From contig NC_045705.1 in assembly GCF_009834535.1 (NCBI RefSeq), positions 64,852,001 through 64,916,000 on the forward strand: DNA of 64,000 nt, in the 5' to 3' direction. Origin of the DNA: Camelus ferus (taxonomy: Eukaryota). The position numbers and the translations under genes are program-made. Of the stretch, positions 1 to 23,000 are shown one piece after another; the stretch's first letter is position 1, and the number at the start of each line of letters is the position of its first letter. The notes under the pieces were generated by a model, which saw only the letters and a list, made by a program, of their open reading frames with translations, was not told the origin of the DNA and made no database searches.

Positions 1-1289
1 TCCCAGCCCGTATACTTCTGGTTCCCTCAACCCTGGCCTGGTCCCCAGACCCCTGCCCGGCACTGGACTCTTTGGCTCGAGAAATCTGGCCCCCAGTCTG
101 GCTGAGTGTACTCCCCATTCTGAGTGCGTGCCGCCGGGACCCTACTCTTCCCAGTGCCCTAGTCAGAACATTCTCCTCCATTCATCACTTTTTCACCTTA
201 TTTTGGCTGGCACCTCTTTGCCCTGCTTCTGGATCCCAGCCCAGCTCCCTCCTCAGGTGGGAGTATCAAGTCACCCCGTAGTGGAGACTTTGCCCCCCAA
301 GTTCCTCCACCTCTGGGGAACCTTGCTCTCTACTCCTTAGCATCAAGACTTTGAACCCCAATAAATCCTGACCCCCCTTTCTACCTGCAGTGTCCCTGGT
401 GCTTCCCCGATGCCCCGTTCCCACCTGCGGCTCTGCGACCCGTCCTGCACCTCACCCTCGTTTTCACACCGCCCATTCCTCTGCACCCTGGGCCTCTCCT
501 TCCCCAGGGCTAACCCCTGCCTGCCTGAGCTTCCTTGCTGCTCCTTCCCAGTCAGGCCGGAGGCCTGGAAGACGCTGGGCTCCTTTCCGGCTGGGTGGGG
601 CGGGTAGGCGTGGGAGCTGGGGGGAGGGGCTGGGGGCGTGGCCTGAGGTAGCAGGTGTGCCACAGAGGGGTGCCCTGGGCGCCCCAGGGGCTAGAGGAGA
701 CCCCTCCCCCCAAGGCAGGCCTGAAGGGAAAAGTTTCTCTTTTTCCTTCCAGTGTGATAAACCCAAATAAGGAAGTGGGAACAGGGAGAGGGCCCTGGGG
801 GTGGGGTGGGGGTTGCTGACAAGGACTTGGGGCCTGAGAGCCTGGGGCCTGGGCTGCCTTTGAGGACCAGGTCCCTGAGGAGGGGCAGGGGGAGGCCCTG
901 GAGGCAGTACCTACAGAACTCCCCCTCCTCACACTACTGGGGGGCCTCCGCCCCATGGCAGGGTTGGTAATCTCAAACAGGGACTGAGGATGGATGTCAC
1001 CACAGTGAGGTGGGAGGTCCAAGCATCCCAGTAGTTCCCAAGCCTCCTGTCCCCTCAGCCCCCAGATCATTCTCCTGTCCTTTGTAAGCAAAGCCTGAGA
1101 TGGGCGGGGCTGGTGCAGTCCCCATTCTCCAGAAGATTGAAACAGTCTGGAGACTAGAGACTAATCCTAGGCCCACAGTGGGATTGCAGCTAAGGCCAGG
1201 AGCTGGGGGCCTGGTAAGGGTCCTGGTTCCATGCTTCCCAAACCTCGAGACTCTGGGGCTGTACTGTCTGAATGCAGACCTTGCTTCCT

Positions 1290-1440
1290 CTTCTTGACCT
1301 TAGGCAAACCCAGTAGTTGCCCTGTGCCTCAGTCTCCTTATCTCTAAAATGGGAAGAACACTAGCTCAGACCTTACAGGTTGTTAGGACTAAGTGAGCTC
1401 CTATGTATTAAGTGCTTAGAACCATTCCTGGAACACAGCA
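1290..1440. mobile_element. MIR SINE fragment
   Basis: Core-like text tgaccttaggcaa...tgcctcagtctccttatctctaaaatggg...gtgcttagaac. Boundaries approximate. Confidence 0.65.
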
Positions 1441-2367
1441 GGGGCAGCAAGAGAGTGAGCAGTCCTATTGACCATAGGATCATCCATCAGTGAGCAGCAG
1501 CTTGGGCACCAGGGTGAGGCAGCGTCTTCCACTGGTCTTCCTGGGGCAGGAGATTTCTGCTTTTGGTCACTTGGGCCCTGGCTGAATCTAACCCTCCAAT
1601 GACCACCCCCTCCCTCCAGCTGCTGGTCCTGAGTCACACAGGGTGGCCCTCCTCCCTCAGAAAATGGGGCCAGTGCACCCTTCCCTGCCCTCCCATGAGC
1701 CACAGGGCTGTTTGAGGCATGGTAGAATTCACTGTTGGGTCCTGAGGGCAGGGCGAGTCCCCTTCTAAGGGCACTTAGTCTGTGTTCTGTAAGGTGGGGT
1801 ATGCCACAAAGTTCTAAGGCTCCAGTGGGGTGCAGGGTGGGGGGGTAACAGACTTTGAAGCATGTGTAAGGGGTGACTGGTCATGTGGGGCCGCGAGGGA
1901 CACAGAAGAGCCATGAGGGTCAGGCTTCCGAATCCTCTGCTTTCATTCTGTTTCCCAAGGGGGTGGTAGGGGCTTCAGCCATCAGGGAGCTCTCAGACCT
2001 TCTGAGGAAACTGAGCCCAGGGTTGGGATCCAGGGAGGCCTTCCCAAGGAGATAGGTCAGATTTCATATGTAGAGAAGGGAGGTTCGCCTGGCAAAGGAA
2101 AAATGATGCAGAAGCTGGAGGTGAGGAAGGATAGTTAGTGGTCCCCATGACAGAGTCTTAGAGTGAGAGTGAGGTGAGGCTGGGAGGGGCCCAGGACCTC
2201 AGCTGTGGCCTGAGGTCAGGAGGGAGCCTCAAAGGACCTGTGGGCTGGGTGATGCTTCTCTTTGGTCACTAGCAGAAAGACTGGGGTGGGGGGCCTGAGA
2301 GGGTCCAGGGACCAAACCTGGGCATCACCCCTCACTCCCTGACCCTTGCCGTCTGTCCCATCCCCAG

Positions 2368-14114
<11,747 letters not shown>

Positions 14115-14501
14115 ACTGGCTGAGCAAGAGGTGGCCAAAGGGCCAGGGTGGGTGCTGGGAGGAGGACAGGAGGCCAAGACACTAATGCTTTTTTTTTTTT
14201 TTTTAACTTTTTATCTTTAGAAATTTTATTTTTTTAAACTGGGGTGAGCACCCCACACTAACTCCCTCCCTTCACCTTCCTAGGGCCCTCTTAGTCCTCC
14301 GCCCCTCTTTCCTGTCCTCAGTTCTAGAGAAGGTGCTGAGTGGGTCACTCTGGGCCAGAAGAGCCTTGCCCCCATGACACCCATACCCCAGAGTGGGCGT
14401 CATCTCCTTCACTTCCCCAGGGAGCACTGGGTAGAGACTGCGAGCTCCGGGAAGTAGGGGTCACATTCTTTCTCTATCCTTTTGGGATTTTTTTTTACAT
14501 G

Positions 14502-14507
14502 AATAAA
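14502..14507 (+). terminator. PLCB3 polyadenylation signal AATAAA
   Basis: AATAAA about 390 nt after the stop codon, followed by GT-rich sequence. Confidence 0.7.
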
Positions 14508-16646
14508 AGTGGATTTCAGGGACCCTGTGTGCAGCGTGGTTTGGGGTAGGGTAGTGCTGGAGAGGACTCCGGGCCCTAGACCTGGCTCTGCCACTTCTGG
14601 AGCCTCGGTTTTCTCATCTATAAAATGGGCTTGTGGGCATTGTGGGGTTGAGGTCAGGCCCCTGTCCAGAGGGTTGCTGGGTTTCAAACCTGAGACCTCC
14701 TTGCCCAGGAACTACCTGCAGATCTTCCCAGTGACCTGACACCAGAGCCCCTTTGGTCTCCCCGAGGCTTCCCCGCCTCTATGCCCCTGCCCTGGGCTAT
14801 CACTCCCGCCCCACGCCCCCATTACTTTTCTCCCTCCTGGGCTTTTCTTGTCCTCCCTTCACAGAGGCTCAGGCCTTTGCTTCAGGAAGCCTCCTCTGCC
14901 CCCCCTTCCTGTTGCCTGATATGACCCAAACACCCAGCATCCTCCGCTGAGGCAGCTCCAGCCACACAGGCAGTTGACTCTCTGGGGATCGACCTGCTAG
15001 GGGTGGAGCTGGGCAGCCCAGAACCTGCCCAACATCAGGGGACCTGGGTTCTCAGCTTTGGGTGGGAAGTGGATGGGCCTAGAAGTGACTCTTGGGAGAA
15101 GGGAAGCTGACAGTCACAGGCACTCGCAGGGGCTAGGAGACCCAGCATCCCTCTCATCCCTGTGAGGGAGATGTTATCCCTGTTTTGCAGATGAGGAAAC
15201 TGAGGCCACAACTAAGTCAAGACATCCTGACCTGGAGGCAGGGTGGGCCTGGACCCTCTATGCCAGCCTGGAGGACCTGCTCCACGCCTCCCCCTCCTGG
15301 CCCTGGGACGGCAGAGTGGCAGAGACCCCGCAGCGAGGGTGCGGCCGGGTTCTGCAGCAGGGTCAGGCTGGCACTTCTTCAAGGCCTCTCCCAGCTTCCT
15401 GGCGCTTCCCGGGCTGACTGCCTCCCTCCTCCAAAGGAAGGCAGCCTCTTATCTGGGCTTATCTCCTGCCAATTGAGTGTATTCTTTCTTTGTTTTTGCT
15501 GCAACCTCAGGCAAACAAATGTGGTGGGGACGTCAGAGAAACAGGACTTCCAGAGTAGGGATGTGTCAGGCTGGGGACCTCTGCCTAAGGCCCTGCTTCC
15601 TTAGGATCAGTACCATTGCCCAGGCCTTCCCTGCTTCTGCAGTCAGGCTTTGTCCTAGCCCCAAATCTGCCCCGTTCAGGCCTCTCAGCAGCCAGCTCCT
15701 ATCTTCCTGACTCCACACGGAAACACTAGATACCAGTCCCCAGGTCCTCAAAGACCAGGCTAAACTCCAAACTCCTGGGTACTACATTCCCATCCTTGAG
15801 ATGCCTGACCTCTGCTGCTCCCCTTATCCGTCCATGGGTCTGCTCCTTCCTCTACTAGGAATGACAGCCCTCTCCCCCATCTCTTCGAGTCTAGCTCACC
15901 TCCTCCTTGAAGCCCTCCCTGACTTTCCCTTGCTGGAGTGAGCCGCCCCTAGCCCGGTTCCAAGCCCCTGTTATAGGACTCGGCTGGCGATAACTCCACT
16001 GTTCAAAGGCTAGCTCTCCCCTTGCCAGGAAGCTTGAGATAGCAGTTGTGGCGTTTAATTCATCTCTGTAAACCTATACAAAGCGCTGGCTAGTCTATAG
16101 AGGGCGCCAATAAATCTTTCTGGAATTGAGCTCTGCTCCCAGGTCCTGGTGAAGCTTCTCCAGTTCCCTAGTGATCACTCTACTCACAAGCCCTGAGCGG
16201 AGCCTTACCCCCGCCCTCGTCCCCCCGCCCTGCGTGTCCTGCCAGTTCCCTGAGGATCGCTGGCCCCAGGCCGGCCACACAGTGGCTGCTCAAAAGGACT
16301 GACCCAAATAGGAACAAATGACCCTCCCTGGGGGACGGCGGCACGGTTTGCAGTACGCGGCATTCCGGCTGCCAGCCGGCTTGCGGCTTCCAATTACCAT
16401 ATTAGAGATAAGGACTTGGAGGTCCCTGAGGCCTCGTCACGCTCCGCTTCCCGGAGGCTAAGCAGCGTGGCTCTGCTCGCCGCCTCAACCCCTTCCTGGT
16501 CTCGGTCCCAGAATGTCACTCAAAAAGAGCCCGTTTCCCTTACCTGTAAAACGGGGACATCTTTTGACATTATCAGTACCAGCTCTCCCCCTGCCCGCAA
16601 AGACCCAAACGACGGACGGAGGAGACTCGCTGGCACAGACGCGGGC

Positions 16647-16652
16647 TTTATT
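16647..16652 (-). terminator. BAD polyadenylation signal AATAAA
   Basis: TTTATT on the plus strand, about 360 nt downstream of the BAD stop. Minus-strand context is taataaagcccgcgtctgtgcc. Confidence 0.75.
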
Positions 16653-17013
16653 AGCACATTTCGTAGCGAGCTGTCAGCCCTCAGCGTTACCGTGGAGGAA
16701 AGGGTTCTGGCGAAGTTAGGGTTAATCCCGGCTGGCAACTGACGCAGGCACCTGGGGCCGACCAGCGCCGGGGCGGGGTCACGGAGCCACTTCCGGCAAC
16801 TAAGGGCGGAAGAATTTCAAAACTTCCGATGGGGACCGAGCGCCTCCGTGGTCCGCATACCCCGGAAGGGAATCGGGCTCTGGGTCAGACCGCTTCCTTC
16901 CGAAAGGGACGAAATGGATCCTATTTTTGCATAAGGCCTGCAGAAAAGACTTCCGCCCACTCCCAAGATGGCCACCAACGGCGGTGCGGCACTTTGGATT
17001 ATGGGACGGAAGT

Positions 17014-20000
17014 TCACTGGGAGGGGGCGGAGCCGCCTCTCCCCAAGTTCCGGCCCCACCAGGACTGGATGAAGCGCGTCCAGCTGGGACTTTGCCGCAT
17101 CTGTGTCGCGGTGCCAGCGCTCTTCGGGCGAGGGAGTCCCTTTGAAGTGGGAGGAGGAAAGGGTTAAGTGAATTAGCTTATCCTGGCAGCCCAAGTCAGG
17201 CCCCTCCACTTCTGGAATCCCACCGCTAAGTGAAATTCCGGGGGAGATAAAGATCCTGTACCGAGGGGTCTCCTGACTACTTTACTAGGCATGAACGATC
17301 GCTTGGCCTCTTAGGAATGGAACTGGTTAGATTCTGGACCCTCCATAGCGGGGACGGGGAGAGGAGGCCTAGGAAGACCCTATTAGGGCCAGAGCCGGAG
17401 ATCCGGAAGCACCTGTTAAGACGCGACCAGAATTCGAGAATTAAAGAGGTGGTTCCGAAATTGAGGCCAGAGAACCCGGATATCCGAACGGGATTGGCTG
17501 GGAGCACAGATGCCAGCATGCCTAGCGCTCCAAATATTTAGGGAACCCAGGAGGCTTGGCCTTCTGGAGCGGGGTCTGGACTACAGATCCCAAAATGCCT
17601 TGCAGGCCGGTGGGAGGGGAGGAGTCACGAGACTGCAAATCCCGACATGCACCGGAACCCTAACAGGACAGTCCAGTAGGAGGAGACCTGGGAGTACAGT
17701 CCCCAGCATGCTCCAGGACTACGGGGACCCGTGCGCCCATCCGTGCGCTCACCTTGAAGGAGCCGTGGAACTCGTCGCTCATCCTCCGGAGCTCGCGGCC
17801 ATAGCGCTGTGCAGCCCAGAGGTTGGGGGGCGCTGAGCGCGAGCGGCCCCGGAAGGGGCTGGGCTCCTCCTCCTCCGTCCCTTCTTCGTCCTCGGTCCCC
17901 GTTGGGTGGGAGCTGTGGCGACTCCTGGTTTCCACAGCCCCAGCGCCTGCAGAGAGGGTCGGGTGGTGGGGGATGATGTGAATCTCAACTCCTCTTCGCT
18001 CCCAGCCGTCCAGAAGCCCTCAATATCAGCTCCACCTGCCGGTTGATATCTTTGCGTGCATATCACTCTACCTCTCAGAGCCCCAGTTCCTTCCTAAGGG
18101 AAGCTCATGAGGCTTTTGTGAAGATTTGAAATAACCTCTCATTAATCCCACAAATCTTAATTGAGCCCCAATAATGGGCCAGGCCCTTTGTGTATAAAAT
18201 GACTTTCCTCTGTGCCTGGCGCAAAATAAGGGCATTAGAGATGGTTGTTATAGTTATGAGTACAAGACGCTGGGATTCCCAGCAACCCCTGGGCTGTTAG
18301 CTCTTTGATCAGCTCCATTCTCTTGCAGAGGAAACCAGTCCCCTGGATGAAAAAGTGTCCTGCTCCAGCCAGGTAGGGCTGAACTCCAGCTCTGCAGGCG
18401 ACCTGCTGGGGCTTGTCTGTTCCTCTATTGTGGCCTATAGGAGACCTTGGGCCCCTGGAGAACAAAAAAATGTCAGCAGCAAGTCTGTACCTCCCACAGC
18501 ACCCACTTGGGAGAAAATGTCCAGAAAGTTCTGTTGACTTTTAAGGTAAATTTATGGAGCACTTAACTGAGTGTTAGGCCCTGGGCATAACCTAATTATC
18601 CTCCTAACCATCCTGGGAAGTAAGTACTAACACTGCTTCCATTCTGCAGATGAGAAGACAGAGGCTTAGAGAGAATAGAGAAGACAGAAGCTTAGAGAGG
18701 CTAAGACTTGCCCAGGGTCACATAGCTGTGAAGCTCTGAGGCTAGAAGTCCCCTAGAGGTTGGAATCCAGAAACCAGTGATTATCCTTTGAGCTCCACGT
18801 TTTTCCCTTGTCCAACTACCGTTCAACTCCCTAAGCCTATGTCCTCACCTCTCTGTGGGGATAAACCTAGCTCTTATTACCAGTGACCACATAAGGCTCT
18901 CATAAATAAACAGCGTGAGAGTGCTCTGTAAGCTGAAAGTGCGTGATGGGGCGTTATTCAGTGAGGCACCGCTACGATGTCGAAAGTTTGTCTGACCTGT
19001 GTACTGTAGGCCATCCCCTGCCCTCCTGCCAAGCCCAGCCCCATACCCAGACCAACAAAGTATAGAATGAAAGACAGGCATGGAGCAAGTGCAGGGGAAT
19101 GTGCTCAGCATGCACAGCAAGGCATATCTGTCAGAGAAGCACTTTGGAGGCAGTAAGATCTAGATCAGGTCTAAGCCAGGGGATAACAATGTCTCATCCT
19201 TCCCCCAAAGCCTGTGGGTCACCTCCAGGGCTGCAGGGCCTCCAAGGGTCCCAGCTCCAGATAGGTGGCTGAGAAAGCCAAGAAGGGACAAGAGGGCTGG
19301 ATCCAGAAAGGCCTCGGCTAAGAGCAAGGTCGGAGCACGTGGGCTCCCCCAAAACCCCAGGCCTGGGGTCAGGTAGGTAAGGTCTTCGAGGAACAAGCTG
19401 GCAGTGGGGAATGGGCAGCAAAATCAGCAGTGGGGATTCGGAATGGGACTGGAGGAGCCAAGAACAGCAATACCCCTGATGAGAACAGACCCGTCTGCAG
19501 AGTGCTTTCTGGTTCCGTGGGGGTATGGGCAGCAGGGCAGGGGTCACTAGCCTGGTGGGCCCCACCTCAACCACATTCCCGTTTTGTGACCTTGGGCCCT
19601 TCAACCCCTTGGGGCCTCAGTGTCCTCTGTGAAATGAAAGTAGCCCTAGTCTCCCAGGACCACCAGAAGAACAAATGACACAATGAAAGCACCCCATTCT
19701 CCCTCTTTCATGTCCTGAAACCTAGTTTCCCAGTGAGGCGGACACCAAGTTCTCCCTATTTTATAGATGAGGAAATGAAGCACAGAGAGGTTAGGAACTT
19801 GCCAGGGGTCACACAGCTGGCCCACCCTGCCTGGTCACTTAAGTGCTCAGAAACCACCAGCTCTTCTCTTTTACTGGCTCTAAGAACCCACATAAACTCC
19901 GCACTTGATGGATGCAAGGGCCAAGGGTCAGAAGGCAAGTGGCTTGCAGGTGGGCACTTGGTCTGGGCACCAGCCCCTCGCCTGGGAATGAGAACAAGTA

Positions 20001-23000
20001 GAAGAGTCCTCCCGGTGTCAGGTTGGAAGTACTGCTCGTGTCTGTCCTCCGCACGCCCTATGGGGGAGGTTAGGAGGAAACCAAGGCACAGAGAGGGTAA
20101 GTAACCTGCCCAAGATCATGCAGCTGGTAGGTGGCAGAGCTGGGATTTCCCACCCAGCCAGTCTGGCCCCTGGGTCTGTGTGTTTAACTCTCATGCTCCA
20201 GGCTCCCTCCAGAACTTTTAAGTGTCCTTCTATTTACTAGAAAAAACCTGAGGGATTTTTTGTGAACTCCCTGGAGGAAGCGGATATGCCCCCCACTTCA
20301 ACTATTAAACTCTCAATTAGCTCTCATGCCTACATGCCCCTGGGCAGGGCAGAAGTGGCCTCTGCAGCAAGTAAGGGATAGGGAGGGGGCGTGGCTCCTA
20401 GCTTGGTGTGAGCGTGGGTGGGTGCCCAGGCCTGCCCACTCAAGCCTTCTTCCTCAAGAGCCTGCCTGGGGCTGGGGTAGGGAAGAGGGAGGGGCCTGTG
20501 GCAGGAGGTGCCCCAAGCCCTCACAAAGCTTTAAGTCCTTCACCCACTGGGCTTCTGGGTAAGTGGGTGGGGCTGGACACATCCAAGGTCAAGCTTCAGT
20601 GAGCATCCTCCAAGACTTAATTAAAACAGTGGTGTTCCAGGCAATTCGAGGCAGTGAAGCTCTGCCTTCAGGCAGGGCTGGGTTTGGATCCTGCTCTACC
20701 ACATAGTCACACACTGCTTGCCCCCAGCGGGCAGAAAGGCATGGCGCCCCACCCTGAGCAGGCACGGTTGCCAGGCAGCTTCCAGCACCGCAGGCCTCGG
20801 CCCAGACTCCTTGTGTACCCCAAAGCCATTTGGGTACACCTGCCCCTTACTGGCCTGTTAAGAACATACCCCCACCTTGCTCAGAGCTGAGGAAATCAGA
20901 AAACACTCTAAAGCAGAGTCTGGCAAATATTTTTTGTAAAAGGCCAGAGAGTAAATATTTTGGGCATGACAGGCCACACAGTCTCTGTTACAACTACCCA
21001 ACTTTGTGTCATAGGTTGAGAGAAGCCATAAACAATATATAAATGACTGTGCATGGCTGTGTTCCATTAACATTTTATTTAGGGACACTGAAAGAAAATA
21101 CTTTTCTTCTTTGGATTTTTGTCAACTAGTTAAAAATGTCAAAATCATTCTTAGCTCATGGACTGTACAAAAAAGGAGAGATTTAGCCTGTGGCTGTGGT
21201 TTGCCAACCCCTGCTCTAAACCCAACTATGTCTGAGGGGGGAGGGTATAGGTCAAGTGATAGAGTGCACACTTAGCATGCATGAGGTCCTGGGTTCAACC
21301 CCCACTACCTCCTCTGAAAATAAATAGACCTAATTACCCCCCCAAAAAAACACAAAACAAACAAAAAAACACCAACTGTTTCTGTCCTCTGCCTAAAACC
21401 TTCAATGGCTCCCCGTTGCCCATGAGATAAACTACAAACTCCTAGGCATGGCCTTCAAGGCCCTTACATACAGGGTCTAACCTACACTTCACTTGTCCAT
21501 CATCAGGGTGCATTGGTTATGCATGCCTGTATCCCTGCTGAATAAATGGCAGTCCCTAGGTCTGCTCAGAGCCTGGGCCAACTCATTGTAACAATAATAA
21601 CAGCTGCAGTAATATCCTCCTTTGTTCAGCACTGTTTCTAAGCACTTTTCCTATATTAACAGCAAATCCTTTGAACAGCAAATCCTCCTTTGTTCCAGGC
21701 ACTGTTTCTAAGCACTTTTCCTATATTAACGCATCAGTTCCTCATGACAACCCTATGAGGTGTGACTAGTTCTATTCACATTTTACAGATAGGAAAACTG
21801 AGGCACCCAATGTTCACAGCAGCACTATTTATACTAGCCAAGACATAGAAGCTATCTAAATGCCCATTGACAGATGAATGGATAAAGAAGTTGTGGTATA
21901 TATATACAATGAAATACTACCCAGCCATAAAAAGGAATGAAATAATGCCATTTGCAGAAACATAGATGGACCTAGAGATGATCATACTAAGTGAAGCAAG
22001 GCAGAGAAAGACAAATATCATAGGATATCACTTATATGTGGAATCTAAAAAAAAAAAAAAAAAGATGCAGTTGAACTTATTTACACAACAAACAGACTCA
22101 GACATTGAAAACAAACCTACAGTTACCAAAAGGGAAAGGGTAGGGGGAGGGATAAATTGGGAGTTTGGAATTTGCAGATACAAATTACTGTATATAAAAT
22201 AGATAAACAACAAGGACCTGCTGTATAGCACAGGGAACTATATTCAGTATCTTGTAATAGCCTATAATGGAAAAAATATATATATGTATAACTGAATCAC
22301 TTTGCTGTACACCTGAAACTAACACATCACTGCAAGTCAACTATACTTCAATTAAAAAAAAACCCAAAAACAGCAGGCATGCACAGAAAAAACTTTTAAG
22401 AAATCCAGTGCAGTCCTCTTACATGGTGACCGTTTCCCCCACTGCAGCCACCCTCGTGGCGGGGCCGGAGCTGCGGTAGGCGTCCCCTTACCTCTTCATT
22501 GCTGCTTCAGAACATTCTCATCCCCTCCTCCCCAAATCTAGTTTCTCTCAGCTTCTACCACCCCTCCCCCTCTGGGCCTCAAGCACCCCTCACCCCTAGG
22601 TCACCCCTAGTGTGCAGGGGGTCACTCGAGCTCCCTGCAGCTCTCTCCCTTAGTCACTCCTATCTTCATTCCTTCACAGCACTGAAGTGGTCCTTCCCGG
22701 CTTCCTGCCTCGGGACCCCAACTCTAGTGAAGTTGGAATTCCTCATACTTGGCCAGCTTACACCCCACCAGAGCCAAGCCCCCCACTGCCTCTCCACTGG
22801 ACTGAGACAAACAGCTCTGGTTAATACCAACTCTCTGCCAGTTCTCACAGCGAGCGGCCAGGGTGGTTGGAGGAAAGTGCAGCTGAGCCAACTCAGTTCA
22901 GATTCACAGTCAAAGGACCCAGTGGCGGGAGTCCTGCATGTGGCCAGGCACACATCCGACACTCAGTACTCCAGGCTGGACGACCCCTTCAGATCAGGGC

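Noticed and set aside
270-340. Peptide HPVVETLPPKFLHLWG resembling PLCB3 exon 1 (TVVETLRRGSKFIKW)
   Set aside because: Only a five-residue identity, with no Kozak ATG, no suitable phase-0 donor and no CpG island. Most likely chance; the real exon 1 should lie upstream of the window.
21236-21312. tRNA-like sequence with A and B boxes (also at five other sites)
   Set aside because: No closed cloverleaf or consistent anticodon arm; carries a SINE tail and is dispersed with mutations, so these are retroposons, not tRNA genes.
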